The position numbers and the translations under genes were made by a program. Below the pieces are notes generated by a model. The model searched no databases. It saw only the letters and a list, made by a program, of their open reading frames with translations, and was not told the DNA's origin. Positions 25,130 to 39,194 of a DNA stretch of 64,000 bases are shown one piece after another; position 1 is the stretch's first letter, and each line of letters starts with the position of its first letter. Source of the stretch: Chiloscyllium plagiosum (Eukaryota); contig NC_057719.1 in the NCBI RefSeq assembly GCF_004010195.1, positions 10,030,170 through 10,094,169 on the forward strand, read 5' to 3'.

Positions 25130-25880
25130 GATGAGGCTCTACAAGGCTCTGGAAAGGTTTGTGAGAATCGTCCTAGGAATGAAAAGCTTAACATATGATG
25201 AACATTTCAGCACTCTTGGCTTATACTCAATGAAGTTTAGAAGGATGAGGGGGAGAGTCTAATTGAAACTTTCAGAATACTGAATGGCCTGGTCAGAGCA
25301 GATGTTGGGACGATGTTGGTTCTTAACGCAGAGAGTGGTGGCTGTGTGGAATGCTCTGCCCCTGAGGGCAGTGGAGGCCCAGTCTCTGGATTCATTTAAG
25401 AAAGAGTTGGATAGAGCTCTCAAAGATAGTGGAAACAAGGGTTATGGAGAGAAGGCAGGAAGAGGAAACTGATTAGGAATGATCAGCCATGATCATATTG
25501 AATGGCGGTGCAGGCTCGAAGGGCTGAATGGCCTACTCCTGCACCTATTGTCTATTGACGATGTTTCCATTGGTAGGAGAGACTAGGACCCGAGGGCACA
25601 GCCTAAGAGTAAAGGGAAGACCTTTTGGAATGGAGTTAAGGAGAAACTTCTTTCGCCAGAGAGTGTTGAATCTATGGAATTCATTGCCACAGAAGGCTGT
25701 GGAGGCCAGGTCATTGAATATATTTAAGACTGAAATAGATAGATTCTTGAGTATAGGGGGAATCAATGGTTAGGGGGAGAAAATGGGAGAATGGGGATGA
25801 GAAACTTATCAGCAATGATTCTTGGCACAGCAGACTTGATGGGCTGAATGGTCTAATTTCTGTTCCTTTGTCTTAAGGTG
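25130..25880 (+). mobile_element. nested CR1-clade LINE 3' fragments
   Basis: TQRVVAVWNALP and RNFFRQRVLNLWNSLP motifs; one copy (25315-25556) sits inside another. Confidence 0.85.
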
Positions 25881-26179
25881 TTAAGTTCAGTTTGGACATG
25901 ATTCATGTGTGAGAAAGTGCATTAATGACTATAGGGCAACGTAAGAAATGATGCAAGCAAAGCCAGAGATTGGAAAATAAGCTGATCTTGGAGTTGGATG
26001 GGATGTACAACTTGAAGCTCAGTTCAAGGTAAGCTTGAATGTTGACATTGTACATTGCTGGTTTAAGGTGGAACAAGTGACTTGAAATGGATCCAAGTGT
26101 CCATTCTTGTCAAGCTCAAACTCATCCGCAATTTGACGTTTTACAACAAAGCTGCGAGCGTCGAGCCCAGAGTTGCAAC

Positions 26180-26810
26180 ACAAAGATACTTGGGGATACT
26201 TGGACACAAAACACAGAAAGCTAGCACACAGGAGCAGCAGGTAACTAGGAAGGCTGTTAAAATGTTGGCTCTTATTTCAAGGAGGTTGGAATATAAGAGT
26301 AGGGAAGTCACACTGCAATTGTGCAAGGTCCCCTAATTAAGGAAAAGATATTTTGTTGGAGGTAGTTCATAGAAGGCTCACTAAGATGATCTCCAGAATG
26401 CAGGGATTGTCTTATGAGCAAAGATTAAACAGATTGGGACTCTACTCACCAAATTTTGAAGAATGAAAAGTGATCCCATTGAAACATATAGAATTCATTC
26501 TAGGCTTAACAGATAAAGTTCTGGGAGGATGTTTCCCCTCATGGGACAGTCTAGGACTAGAGGGAATAGCCCCAGAATAAAACGGCACCAAGTTAAGACT
26601 TAAGTGAGGAGGATGAACTCCTTGCGACAGCGAGTTGTGGGGGCAGAGTCCTTGTGTATATTTAACACTGAAGTACATTTCTGATCAGTAGGTGATCGAG
26701 CGTTATCGGGGGAAGGGCAGGAGAGTGGATGTGAGGACTGTCAGATTAGCCAAGATCCTATTGAATGGCAGAGCAAGCTAGAGAGACCAGCTAGCCCACT
26801 CCTGTTCCTG
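26180..26810 (+). mobile_element. degenerate CR1-clade LINE 3' part
   Basis: RKAVKMLALISRRLEYKSREV motif and 3' UTR. Confidence 0.8.
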
Positions 26811-28834
26811 AACCTAAAAGTTTGATCCTTATCCAAGTTTGTAGCACAGGGCTTCATGTACGTAATGCAGATGCTATTCTGGTGCCATGACATTGCCAGA
26901 ATAAACGGGTTTTTATTTACCTCTCCCCTTCAAATTTCAGCATGCCACACTTTGCCAGTGAGTCCTTGAGGGCATCACCGCAGTGCTTCCTCTGGCCACC
27001 TGGGGTTTGTGTGCTATTTCGGAGCTGGGAATTGGGGCAACCATACAACCATGGTTGACGCTCGGCTTCATCACCGCTTTCTCAGCTTTTTCCCACAATT
27101 CTTGGACAGGCCAACACCTGTCTCCCCTCGGCAGACGTTTGGTCTCTCAGCTTTACATAAACTTGATATTTCCATTCAGTTAAAACTATCCCTATGCTTG
27201 TTTCTTCCTCTCTTGAAGGCTGATGAGGAAACTTACAGAATACTGACAGGCCCGGATAGAATGGACTTGAGGTGATGTTTCCACCAGTAGGAGAGATCAG
27301 CACCCAAGGGCCTGGCCTTAGTGAAAGGATGATTCTTTAGCACTGAGATGAGGAGGAATTTCTTCAGCCAGAGGATGATGAGTCTGGCGAACTCGGTGCG
27401 GCAGAAGTGGAGGTCAAGTCATTGAGTGTATTTCAGTCAGAGATAGATAGGTCCTTGATTAGATTTTAGATTAGATTCCCTACAGTTTGGAAACAGGCCC
27501 TTCAGCCCAACAAGTCCACACTGACCTTCCAAAGAGTAACCCACTATGGGCAATTTAGCATGGGCAATTCACCTGACCTGCACATCTTTGGATAGTAATG
27601 GGATCAAAATTTCTGGGGAGAAGGCAGGGATTGAGAAACATATCAGCAATGATTGAATGGTGAGAAGAGTCAAATGGCCTGATTCAGCTCCTGCACCTTA
27701 TAGTCTGAGAGTGATTCTGCTGTGAGGGATATTAACTTACAGGCTCAGGGGTGGTGTGCGAAATGTATCAAATGTTTAACTTAACCTGACAACCGCACCG
27801 GCATACCTCCAAGCATAGGTCAATGCATTTTCAGGAGGAAAGGGAATTTTGAATGAGTTTTTTCTCATGCACAATCAAGAACCATAGATGGCAGATTATG
27901 GTATGGCTACTTTTTGCTGAAGGGATGTCTGAGCTAACTCCTAAACGAGCAAAAGATTAGACAGGACACTTTGTGATCTGTAAAAGCCCAGGTCCACATC
28001 ACTAACAGTACAAATGGTAACCGGACTATCAGATGAACCTGCATAAATACCAGCGGAGCAGATTTAGGTTTCACAATAGTTGTAAAAGCTTTCTGAAGGC
28101 TTTTGTCTGTCCAAAATGAGCTGTATTAATGCATTAATTATGGAAACTTGGTGGCAGAAAGCATGAAACACGAAACCTTTCTGCAATAAATTTAAACTTG
28201 ACATTTCTGCTTCATGAATATTTGGGACTTTTTCCAGGATATGACATTTAATTTACTTTGTATGCAATTGTTTTTTAATGCAAAATTATTAGAATACTCC
28301 TACATTCTGCTGTCATTTTGATAACACTTGCAGCATAAACTGCAAAGCCAGAGAGTGCTATTTACATTGGGTAGGGGGAAGGAATTATAATATTGAGATA
28401 GGAGGGTTATAAACAGGAATATAGGTACAGGAATATTCATTAAGAACTGCACTAATAACAAAGATAGGGAGGGGTGAGGCCACTGATAGATTTGAAAACA
28501 AAGTTGAGGGAATTTTAATGTCAAGATATTGCTTGACTTCGAGCCAATGTAGGTCAGTGAGCTCAGGGGTGATTGGGAAATGGGGCCTTGGTGCTAATTA
28601 AAACACAGAAAGCAGAGATTTGGTTAGCCTCAGAGTAAAGTGGGGGAGAACTGTCGGGGGCAGGGTATTGGAATAGTTAAGCCTAAAGCACTGTAGCAAC
28701 ACACAACTTCACCTCATCTCAGCTCATCTGCTGCTGAAACACTCATACATGCTGCTGTTCACCTCAAGGCTCAACTAGGTCACCTCTAGGTTCTGATTTC
28801 CAGCATCGGCAGTTCTTCAGTTTTTTTAGTGTTT

Positions 28835-30400
28835 CATAGGGATTAGTCCTGGGTCCCTGTTGTTCATAATATACACAAATGATTTGGAGGTAAATGTAGG
28901 TGGCCTGATTAGTAAATTTGCAGATGATACAAAGACTGCAGGAGTTGCTGATAGTGGGGAGGATGCAGATAGGCTGAAAGACTTGGGCAAAGAAATCTCA
29001 GATGGAACTTAGTCTGGACAAATGTGAGGTGATGCATTTTGGGAGATCTAATGCAGGATAGAAGTAAATGCCAGAATCCCGTATTTAGCTATGAGGAGAG
29101 ATTTGACAAACTCAGTATATTTTCACTTAAATGTCGAATGATGAGGGATGACCTGATAGAAGTTTACAAAATTATGAGAGGCCTGGATAGGATGGATAGT
29201 CAGAGTCTTTTTCCCAGGATAATGTCAACTACTAGGCAATGTAGGTTTAAGGTAAAAGGGGGAATGTTTAAAGGAAATATGACAGGGAGGAGTTTTACAC
29301 AGAGGATGGTAAATGCCTGCAATGTACAGTCAGAGGAGGTGGTAAAGGCAGATACCATAGCAGCATTTAAAAGGTATCTTGACAGATACATGAATAGTCA
29401 GGGAATAGAAGGATATGGACAGAATCAATGCAAAAGCTTTTTAGTTTAGAAATGCATCATGTGCCAGTACAGTCTTGATGAGTCAAAGGGCCTGTTCTTC
29501 TTCAGATTAGATTCCTCCAGGCCACTCAGCCCACACCAACCCTCTGAAGAGTAACCCACCCCGACCCATTTCCCTTAACAAATGCATCTAACACTACGGG
29601 CAATTTAGCATGGCCAATTCACCTGACCTGCAGATCTTTGGACTGTGGGAGGAAACTGGAGCACCTGGAGGAAACCCACACAGACACACGGAGAATGTGC
29701 AAACTCCACACAGACAGTTGCTTGAGGCAGGAATTGAACCCAGGTCCCTGATGCTGTGAGACAACAGTGCTAACCACTGAGCCACCATGCCACCCTTTTG
29801 TTAAGAAGGTATATAGTATGCTTACCTTGGTATATTAGCTGAGACATATAGTTAAAGAGTAGAGAATGATGCTGGAATTGTATAACATGTTGGTTAAGCC
29901 ACAGCTAGAGTATTGTGTGCAGTTCTGGAATCCACATTATTAAGAGGATGTGATAGCACTGAAAAAGGTGTAGAGGAAAATTACCAGGATATTGGCTGGG
30001 ATTTCAGTTATGTTGCTTTTATTGAGAAGTCGAGATTAATAGGGATCATGTCTGAAATATATAAAATTATGGGGGGCACAGGCAAGGTAGACCGGAAAAA
30101 ATTACTTCCCTTTGATGGAGAAATCAATAACCGGGGTGCATAGATTTAAAGGCAGTGGCAGAAGGTTGAAAAGAGGTATGATGAGAAACAATTTCACCCA
30201 GAGGGTGGTGGGAATCTGGAACTCGCTGCCTGTAGAGACACTTCATCACTTTGAAGAAGTATTTAGATATGTACTTGCAATACCAAGGTATACAAAGTGA
30301 TGTACCAAGTGCTGGGAAATGGGAAGAGAACCGTTATGTAGTTGATTTTGACTGGTGAGGACATGATGGGCCAAAGCATCTTTTGCTCTGCTGTAGATCT
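28835..30400 (+). mobile_element. CR1-clade LINE fragments with an HE1 SINE (29503-29795, -) between them
   Basis: SKFADDTK, DLIEVYKIMRG and FTQRMV/FTQRVV motifs; SINE head and core. Confidence 0.85.
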
Positions 30401-31819
30401 TGGACACCTTGACTGTCGCTTTCAAAGAAAATAGGTATTCAGTGAACTTTCCCATTTATTAACGAACATACAGTACAACGGTATAAATTGAATTGAAATA
30501 CTTTACTGGAGTGTCTATTTGATGTTAGCCCCAGTATAAGGGGGAGATAATGGAATTCATTATCACAAGTGGCTTATGAAGCCAATTTAATCAAGGTGTT
30601 GAAGAAGGAATTAAATAAAAACATGAAGTGGAAAAATATTAAAAGGATATAGTAAAAATGGGCTTTCAGTTTTGTTATGGAGCTATCTCTGGGTTAGGTA
30701 CCAGGACAGCTGATTTTTGTACTTCCTCGGACTCTACTATTGGCTCCCTGATGCTTGAAGTTATGTATATTGAACATAACCACATCATTACATTTTATGA
30801 CAATTTTAATGAAGGAAAAATATTCCAAGGCAATTGCATTATCAATCAAAATTTGACACCAAGCTTCTCAATAAGACTGATGAAAATAAAATTTAGTCTT
30901 AAGGTTTTAACAAACAAAGTAAAAACTGGGAGAGCAATAGAGAGAGAGAGAGAGAGAGCGAGGTAGGGAGTGGAAAAAAATCAGGGAAAGCGCAGGATCG
31001 TTGCATCTACAAATAATGGAATGATTCCAATCAGGACCAGAACTGCAGCTACTCCAGAGAGATGGAGTATGGGAGAAGATTAGAGATGGTAAGGGAGCAA
31101 GAGATTTGAAATCAAGGATGAGGATTTTATGTAAAAGCCGTCGGGAATGTAACCCTATGGGCCTGTTCAACTGGAACATTAAACTTAAACTGCATCACAC
31201 ACCTTGGTTCCATGACCTTTAATGTCAAGAGCTTTTGCCCAAAACGTTGATTCTCTTGCTCCTTGGATGCTGCCATTCAGTATCCAAGCCTCCTCCACCA
31301 TTTGTTATAATCGTGGCTGATCATCCAGCTCAATGTTAGTGTGGTGCTTGAAAAGTACAGCAGGTCAGGCAGCATCCAAGGAGCAGGAGAGTCAACATTT
31401 TGGGCAAAGCCCTTCATTAGGAATGACGCTAGGAGCCTTGGGGTGGACAGGGAAATGGGAGGGGGAGTGGGGCTGGGGGAGGGTAGCTGAGAGTGCAATA
31501 GGTAGATGGAGGTGGGGGTGAAGGTGATAAGTCAGAGCATCTGTAGTACTCACTTTCATCCAGCTCAATGACCTGTTTCTGTTTTTCCCCCATAACCTTT
31601 GATCCCTTTACACCCAAGTGCGATATTCAACCTCTTCTTGAACTCATACAATGATTTGACCTTGACTGCTTTCCGTGGCAGAGAGTTCCACAGGCTTGCC
31701 ACTCTCTGGGTGAAGAAGCTTCTCCTTGTCCCAGTCCTAAATGGCCTGCCTTGTATTCTTAGTAGACAAACAGGAGACTGGAAAAACACAGCAAGCCAGG
31801 CAGCATCAGGAGGTGGAGA

Positions 31820-31854
31820 AGTCGACGTTTCAGGTGTAACCCTTCTTCAGGACT
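31820..31854 (-). ncRNA. minimal type I hammerhead ribozyme motif in a Penelope-derived repeat
   Basis: AGTC-CTGAAGA-A-GGGT-TAC-ACCT-GAAAC-GTC-GACT: core CUGANGA/GAAA, perfect 4-bp stem I, stem II with a G.U closing pair, ACGT palindrome. Confidence 0.6.
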
Positions 31855-32279
31855 GTAGGGTGTAGGGGGAGCTGCAGATAAAGGGGGTGGGGGGGAAGGG
31901 CAGGTTGGTGATTTGGGGATAGGTGAAGACAGAGTCGAGAGAGTGGTGCTGGAAAAGCACAGCAGGTCAGGCAGCATCCTAGGAACAGGAGAATCGATGT
32001 TTTTCCAGCACCACACTCTCGACTCTGATCTCCAGCATCTGCAGTCCACACTTTCTCCGGGTGTTGGTGTAACCTCAGAGCCACCAGACCTCAAGTGAGA
32101 GGTGAGGTTGAGACTTCCACAGCAATCTCAAGCAATGTAGGAATTGAGCTGATACTGTGCAGTGAAGGCCATCTGTCCTGCCAGCTGAGCTAAACGACTC
32201 CCCAGAACGTCAAAGGGTGTAATGCCACAGTCTGGAGTCTGGAAGGGCAGCAGAAGACAATGAACCAGGAGATTAAGCT

Positions 32280-32750
32280 TTCATAGAGTTATACAGCACG
32301 GCAACAGACCCTTCGGTCCAATCAGTCCATGCTGACCATAACCCCAAACTAAACTTGTCCCACCTGCCCACGCATGGCCCAAATCCCTCCAAACCTTTCC
32401 TATTCATGAACTTATCCAAATATCTTTTAAACATTGCATCCACATTCACCACTTGCTCAGGAAGTTCATTCCACACGTGAATCATTCTGCATATAAAAAA
32501 GGTGCCCTTTATGTCTTTTTAAATCTTTCTCCGTTTACCTTAAATATATGCCGCCTCATCTTGAAATCTCCCACCCTCGGAAAAAGACACTCGACATTCA
32601 ATTTATCTATACTGCCCATGATTTGATAAACCTCTGTAAGGTCATCCCCTCAACTTCCTGTGCTCCAGTGAGAAAAGTCCTAGCTTACCCAGCCTCTCTT
32701 TATACCTCAAACCCTCCATTCCTGGTAATATCCTGAACCCTCTCCAGTTT
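32280..32750 (-). mobile_element. CR1-clade LINE 3' fragment
   Basis: VWNELPE..FKRYLDKFMNRKG motif. Confidence 0.88.
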
Positions 32751-33306
32751 AATTTCCTTTTAGACTGGCCTGCCATTCTACTTTTAGTGAAGTGAAACAC
32801 TCTGGGAATTTTCCTGAGCCTTGTTAATGCAAAAATATTTCAATATGCACCAAGAGCACTTCAGCAATATCTGTGCTTGCTGTGCTCTGTCCACTTCATA
32901 CACCCTTATGCTTTGTGAGTAAGAAGGACCTCGAGAGTGCAATTGTCTAATAGCTCTTAAAAGTATTCTTTTTATGCATGATACTCTAAAATTGCGATTA
33001 TTTTTAGCTAAACTATAAAAATTTTGTTCATTTCACTTTTAAATAATCTGATTTTATTTTCATTTCCTGTTTACTTTGAAAGCAACTCAAGAGGTTTTCT
33101 GTAAGTGGTACTTAATGGAAGCATGCACGGAAGGGAGATTAGTGTATCATGGACCATTCTGTAGTGCTTGAAGCATTAGCCTGTCAATGGCCCCAAGCTT
33201 GCTGCATCACAGTTATTACACAGAGCATTTGGGCAGGATCTTTTAGATGGTGGAGTTTCCTGTGCTACCAGTCAGATACCACTTTCCCTGCAGGCATTTC
33301 CCACTT

Positions 33307-33960
33307 AGAGTCATAGAGATATACAGCACGGAAGCAGACCCTTTTGTCCAACTCGTCCATGCCGAACAGACATCCTAAATAAATCTAGTCTCATTTGCCA
33401 GCATTTGGCACATATCACTCTAAACTCTTCCTATTCATATATCCATCCAGATGCCTTTTAAATGCTGCAATTGTACCAGCCTCCACCACTTCCTCTGGTA
33501 GCTCATACATGCACCATCCTCTGAGTGAAAAAGTTGCCCATAGGTCCTTTTTAAATCTTTCCCTTCTCACCTTAAACCTCTGCCCTCTAGTTTTGGACTC
33601 CCCCACCCCAGGGAAAACGCCTTGTCTATTTACCCTATCCATGCCCCTCATGATTTCATAAATCTCTATAAGATCACCCCTCAGCCTTCAGCACTCCAAG
33701 GAAAACAACCCTGCCTATTCAGATTCTCCCTATAGCTCAAACCCTCCAACCCTGGCAACATCCTTGTAAATCTTTTCTGAACCCTTTCAAGTTTCACAAC
33801 ATCCTTCCAATACCAAGGAGACCAGAACTGGTGCAATATTCCAATAATGGCCTAACCAATGCAGCTGCAACATGGCCTCCCAACTCTTACACTCATTGCA
33901 CTGATCAACAAAGGCAAGCAAGCCACACACCTTCTTGACTATCCTATCTACCTGTGACTT
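33307..33960 (-). mobile_element. CR1-clade LINE 3' fragment
   Basis: ORF 33415-33651 plus ctctatgactct tail. Confidence 0.9.
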
Positions 33961-35715
33961 GGTGGAGCAGTTGTTAACTAAGCATGAGACTTCCATCCAT
34001 CATATGAGTTGGAGTTCCCATGTTAGACAGTTGCCAGCTGATTGAACAGCCAGCAGCTCTGTAGTGGCAGTAGCGTCTGATTTGAGAATTGGCTGAGGCT
34101 TGGATTGTAACCACCACCCCAGAGAAGTCAAGGTATTGGAGTCTCAACTCAAGGTAAGCCCAGGGTGCCAGCATAACTGAAATGTATAAAATTATGAGGG
34201 GCATAGTTAAGGTAGACAGGAAGAAATGTTTCCCATTGGTGGAGGGATCAATGACTCAGGGGCATATATTAAAACTAAGGGGCAGAAGTTTAGAGGGGAT
34301 GAGAGGAAAACGTTCTTCATCCAGAGGCTGTTGGGAATCTGGCACTCACTTCTTTTAACGGTGATGGAGGCAGAAACCCTCATGACATGACAGAAGTACT
34401 TTACTGTGCATGTACAATGTCAAGGCACTCAAGGCTCTGGGCTAGAAAATGGGATGAGAATAGTCGGGCAGTTGTTTTTGATCAGCGCCCACTCAATGGG
34501 CTGTTTCTGTGCTGTTGATCCCTATGGCTATGTCCGAGTTGGCTGAACCCCAGTGAGGGGTTCTGGGTTGACAGCTGAAGGTTGAGCCTCACCCTTGGGC
34601 AAGGGATGTATCTGATGGGCACAGGAGACAACCCAAAGGAGATATATACCCCATTGTGCAACACTAGCCTGTGCATTGCCAGGATACCACTACAAAAATG
34701 ACCCCATGCCACAAATAACATAGTGGCAGTGGACCGGATGTAATCTCCAATTATTAACAAGTCACATGGTGTATTTTACAAGCCCCCTTCTGCCCACTGC
34801 CTTCAACTCCACCAGCTGGGACAACAGACAGGTCACTGCATGAATAGGAAAGGTTTGGAGAGGTATGGGCCAGGAGCAGGCAGAAGAGACCGGTTTAGTC
34901 TGTGATTATGTTTAGCACGGACTGGTTAGACCGAGGCTTTTGCTCAAAACATTGATTTTCCTGCTTCTCCGATGCTGCCTGACCTGCTGGGTTTTCCCAG
35001 CACCATACTCTCAACTCTGGTTAGACCGAAGGGCAACACAAGAACAGGGCAATCTGCTAAGATCAACAATGGGGTAAAAACAATGACTGCAGATGCTGGA
35101 AACCAGATTCTGGATCAGTGGTGCTGGAAGAGCACAGCAGTTCAGGCAGCATCCGAGGAGCAGCACATTGAGTTTGCATTCGTCTTGTCAACTTGCAAAA
35201 TGATATGAATCAACAAGGGGTGCCATGGATTACTGAGCACATCTTTCTCCACTAAACACTATACTCAATGGGAGTTTTCCGTGAGGCACAAGGAGTCACT
35301 GATGGTTAACAAGTGTCTAATTTGGTAGGGAGGGGTTGAGCTTAGTTTCATCATGAATGTATGCTACATTGAAGCCTGCATACATGTGAGAACTTGGCTT
35401 GCTGCAAGCAAAGTGGAGCAGGCTAACAGTCTACGGCTTATAAGATGGGCAAATTAATCAATCTTGTTGGCTTATCATGATTTGGCACATTCCTTAATGC
35501 GGGTCACTTTCTCAAGCAATTGTCTCTGAGTCCTCGAAATAGTTTAATAATGTTGCCACCTCCTCAAAGGACATGGTGCAATTGCCACTAATGATGGTGT
35601 CCCGGATTATCGAACTTCCCAACACCAACCCGGTGCCACAGCAGGAAGTGCAAAAATGGTCCAAAGGCTTGCTTTACATGCAGACACTTTGCAATGTCTG
35701 TTCCTTTTCGCTCAC

Positions 35716-35812
35716 CTGGTAGCTGCTCTCTCTCAACCCATAAAATCCCTTGAGGAAGACGGAAAACTGTTGTGCCTATTTTCAGCCCCTTACGTATAAT
35801 ATAGAGAAGCAC
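35716..35812 (-). CDS. internal exon (VLLYIIRKGLKIGTTVFRLPQGILWVEREQLP)
   Basis: Acceptor ttttgttttccaatggttctcatgacag, donor CAG|gtgagc; 97 nt, phase 0->1. Confidence 0.8.
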
Positions 35813-36513
35813 CTGTCATGAGAACCATTGGAAAACAAAATCTCTGTTTCTGGAAGTCACTGCCACACACAGACCTTGGCAACCTAGTATGGCCAAGAAG
35901 AAAATTAGAGGAAGCACTGGCTGTGGGGGGTCTGCCTTTACACTGTCCTTATCTGATTTTAAAAACTTTTTACATATTCTACTGACAGTGTTTATGCATA
36001 TCAGTATACAGATTACCAAATACAATTCTCTATTGTCATGTCTTAGACTATTCTCATCCAGGAATGAAAACAGAAATTACTGCAAACTCAGCAAGTCTGG
36101 TAGCGTCTGTGCACAGAAAGCAGAGTTAACATTTCAGGTCCATTGACCATTTTTCATTTCTGAAGAAGTTAATGTTAATTCTGCTTTATCTCCACAAATG
36201 CTGCCAGACTTATTGAGTTTTACCAGTAATTTTTGCTTTTGTTTCAGATTGCCAGCATCCGTTTTTTTTTTGTTCTCATATTGGGCTGTCGTCATGCAGT
36301 GGTAATGTCCCTACCTCTGAGCTACAATATCTGGGTACAATTCCCACCTGCTCCAGAGGTGTGTAATAACATCTCTGAATAGGTTGATTTGAAGCGATCT
36401 AAGATGTCTCTGTCAGCTCATTTGGGACAAGTGTCTTCGTCACCTGCTGAGATTAAACTCATGGGATCAGTTTCATATCTCGATTTACATGAATCTCATT
36501 TCACTGCACTCAC

Positions 36514-36560
36514 TAGTTGAATAATCCCTTTTGCACAATCAGATTGTTGCAAAATCGCAT
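36514..36560 (-). CDS. internal exon (DAILQQSDCAKGIIQL)
   Basis: Acceptor gttttcag, donor CTA|gtgagt; 47 nt, phase 1->0. An alternative AG lies 8 nt upstream. Confidence 0.65.
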
Positions 36561-37031
36561 CTGAAAACCTGCTTTGTGAAACAAATACGCAAAATCTGTT
36601 GGCATAGTCAGCTGGGGATTCAATTCCGATAGACTCGATCTCTGTCACATTGGCAAAGAGATAACGTGAGGGAAAGGGAATTTTTTGCAAAAAATGCAAT
36701 TATTTTAAAAGTAAATTATTTCAACGAACTCCGGTCGTCATCCAAAATGGCAGACGAGACAGAATGCCCAGTGATGTCAAGTGAAGAGGAAATATGAAGA
36801 GAAATAAGCCATTCAGCTGTATTGTCAACACCAGATGGCAGCAGTCAATGGGTGCTTCACTGGCATGATGGACTAAGCATCCTGATGATAACACAAACAG
36901 CAGCAATGTCCAAACTATTTTACTTTAGATTGGAGTGGATGTGATCTCCAATCATTCTCACTATCTTGGAACACCAAGCCTGTTCTTAACTGACCGAACC
37001 TTCTCATCGACTGTTTCCAGTGTTGTCTTAC

Positions 37032-37095
37032 CATGGCTTTTCATCAGCATTTGTGAAATTAATTTTTTTGAAACAGCCAGCCTCTGAAGAATTTG
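37032..37095 (-). CDS. internal exon (QILQRLAVSKKLISQMLMKSH)
   Basis: Acceptor tgcttgatacatgttcag, donor ATG|gtaaga; 64 nt, phase 0->1. Confidence 0.65.
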
Positions 37096-37162
37096 CTGAA
37101 CATGTATCAAGCAAACATGATTATTCAGTCAGGAACTGTAGGTTTTGCAAAAGTGTTGCTTT

Positions 37163-37470
37163 ATTAGATTTCCTGTAGTGTTTAACAGGCCCTTCAGCAC
37201 AACCAGTCCACACCAATCCTCCGAAGAGTAGCCCACCCAGACCCATGTCCCTCTGAGTAATGCACCTAACATGATGGGCAATTTAACATGGCCAACTCAA
37301 TTGGCCTGCACATCTTTGGATTGTGGAAGGAAACCAGAGCACCCAGAGGAAACCCACGCAGACACGGGGAGAATGTGCAAACTCCACACAAGCAGTCATC
37401 TGAGGCTGGAATCGAACCTGGGACCCTGGTGCTGTGAAGCAGCAGTGCTAACCACTGTGCCATCGTGCAA
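37163..37470 (-). mobile_element. HE1-type SINE
   Basis: Head, core and tail homology. Confidence 0.9.
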
Positions 37471-39194
37471 CACCAGGTTCCGAGGTCCTTCAAATCCAGT
37501 TAAAAGCATTAAACACTTACTTCAACACTTAAGTGACATCACAGATCATTAAGGTACAAACAAAATCAATTTATAAGGTCATAGGATCACAGTCTGAAGA
37601 TAGGGCTAAGGTGAGGAGAAATATCTTCACACAGAGAGTGGTGAGCCTGTGGAATTCTCTGTCAGAGAAAGTAGTTGTGGTTGAAATACTGAATGTTTTC
37701 AAGAAGGAGCCAGATATAGTTCTTAGGGCTAAAGTAAGAAAGTGGTAATAGGTTACTGAGTTGGATGATCAACCTTGATCATATGAAATGGTGGTACACA
37801 CTGAAAAGGCTGAATGCTACTCCCGCTCCTATTTTCTATGTTTCTATATTGTGTTATTTTGCATAAAACCACGAGACAGCACACACACACCACTAAATGA
37901 TTAGGAAAAGGGAAAGGGTAAAGGCTTTCCCATATTTCTTCACTTAATTGGCATTCAAATTAATGTACATAACACATCCAATGGGTTCCATTGTGCTGCT
38001 CTCTAATGCCTCGTAATTGAAGACTGCAGAGACAATGCAGTGTCTCTGGGAACACAGCAAGGAAAGGTCATTTAGATATAATGTTTGCTCCCTCCAATGA
38101 CCCTGCATGTTTATTCTAGACTGTGGACTTGTCTTCCACTGTGGGATCAATGATCAGATATGGTTATGGTCTCTGATCAGGTCATCAAACTATAAGACAG
38201 CAGAAGCTCACATTATGTTTCACGCTGGATTATACTTGGAGGGAAGGGACAGCATGGAGGGCAGAGAAGGTCATATCAATGGGACAATCTAAAAATGATA
38301 ACACCATTATGGGAGAATACAACGGATGGAGTAAAATATCTGGAAGGAATTGACTGCTTTTGTGCTAACTGGAAAATGAAACTCTAAACTTCCTGTTAAC
38401 TAGTGCAGTATACAGCTCTAAGTTCCATTCCCAAAAAGTCTTGAAAATTAATGCCAGCGACAATTACTCTTAACTTGCAACACTCCATAATCTTGTAAAA
38501 TTAGGTGAAAAGAACTTTCTGCTTTTAAATATCTCTTATTCCAGCCATGTGATTGTTTATCATATTTAATTGGTTTTCAGATGATTGGTTAATAAATAAA
38601 CCCATGAATATGATTTAACTAATGAGATATGGGAATAACAAAGATACATGGGCCTGCATTCCCAATTGGATTTTTTTAAGGATAGTTCAATCAAATAATA
38701 TATAATCTGGATTGAAGTCATAAATAGTGGAATTTAATTGAGAAATGAGAAGAGGGTAAAAGTCAACATTAAATTTAGTTCTTAATTGATCACATGAAGA
38801 AGATAGGTTAGTCCCTGAACTGCACAAATTCACCATACTCCGTCCCAATGGGCAGATTCTACACTACTTATGTAGCACATGACTTAATAAACAAATTATT
38901 TTACTATATGAGAAAAAGTAATCGGGAAGGGTCATTTTGTCTGCCAATAGAGGTGTGAGTCAGGCCACCCAATGTTGGCCTTTTTGTCGGAAAGATAATG
39001 TCCCAATGCATTTTCAACATCAAACAAGATTTTCATGTGATAGCTTGTGGGTCAGGAAGGCCTTGGATGGAAAACTGCACAAGGAGCACTTCCAAGGTCA
39101 GAGTCTCTATTGTAAAACCTCAGGAAAAATAAGTGTATTTCCTCTCGTGCACAATGTTCTTCTGCTGGTGTGGATTTTTGGAATCTCTTTTTAA

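Noticed and set aside
38930..39190. Possible Tx1/L1 zinc-finger relic (LGWKTAQGALP)
   Set aside because: Similarity is too short and weak to call.
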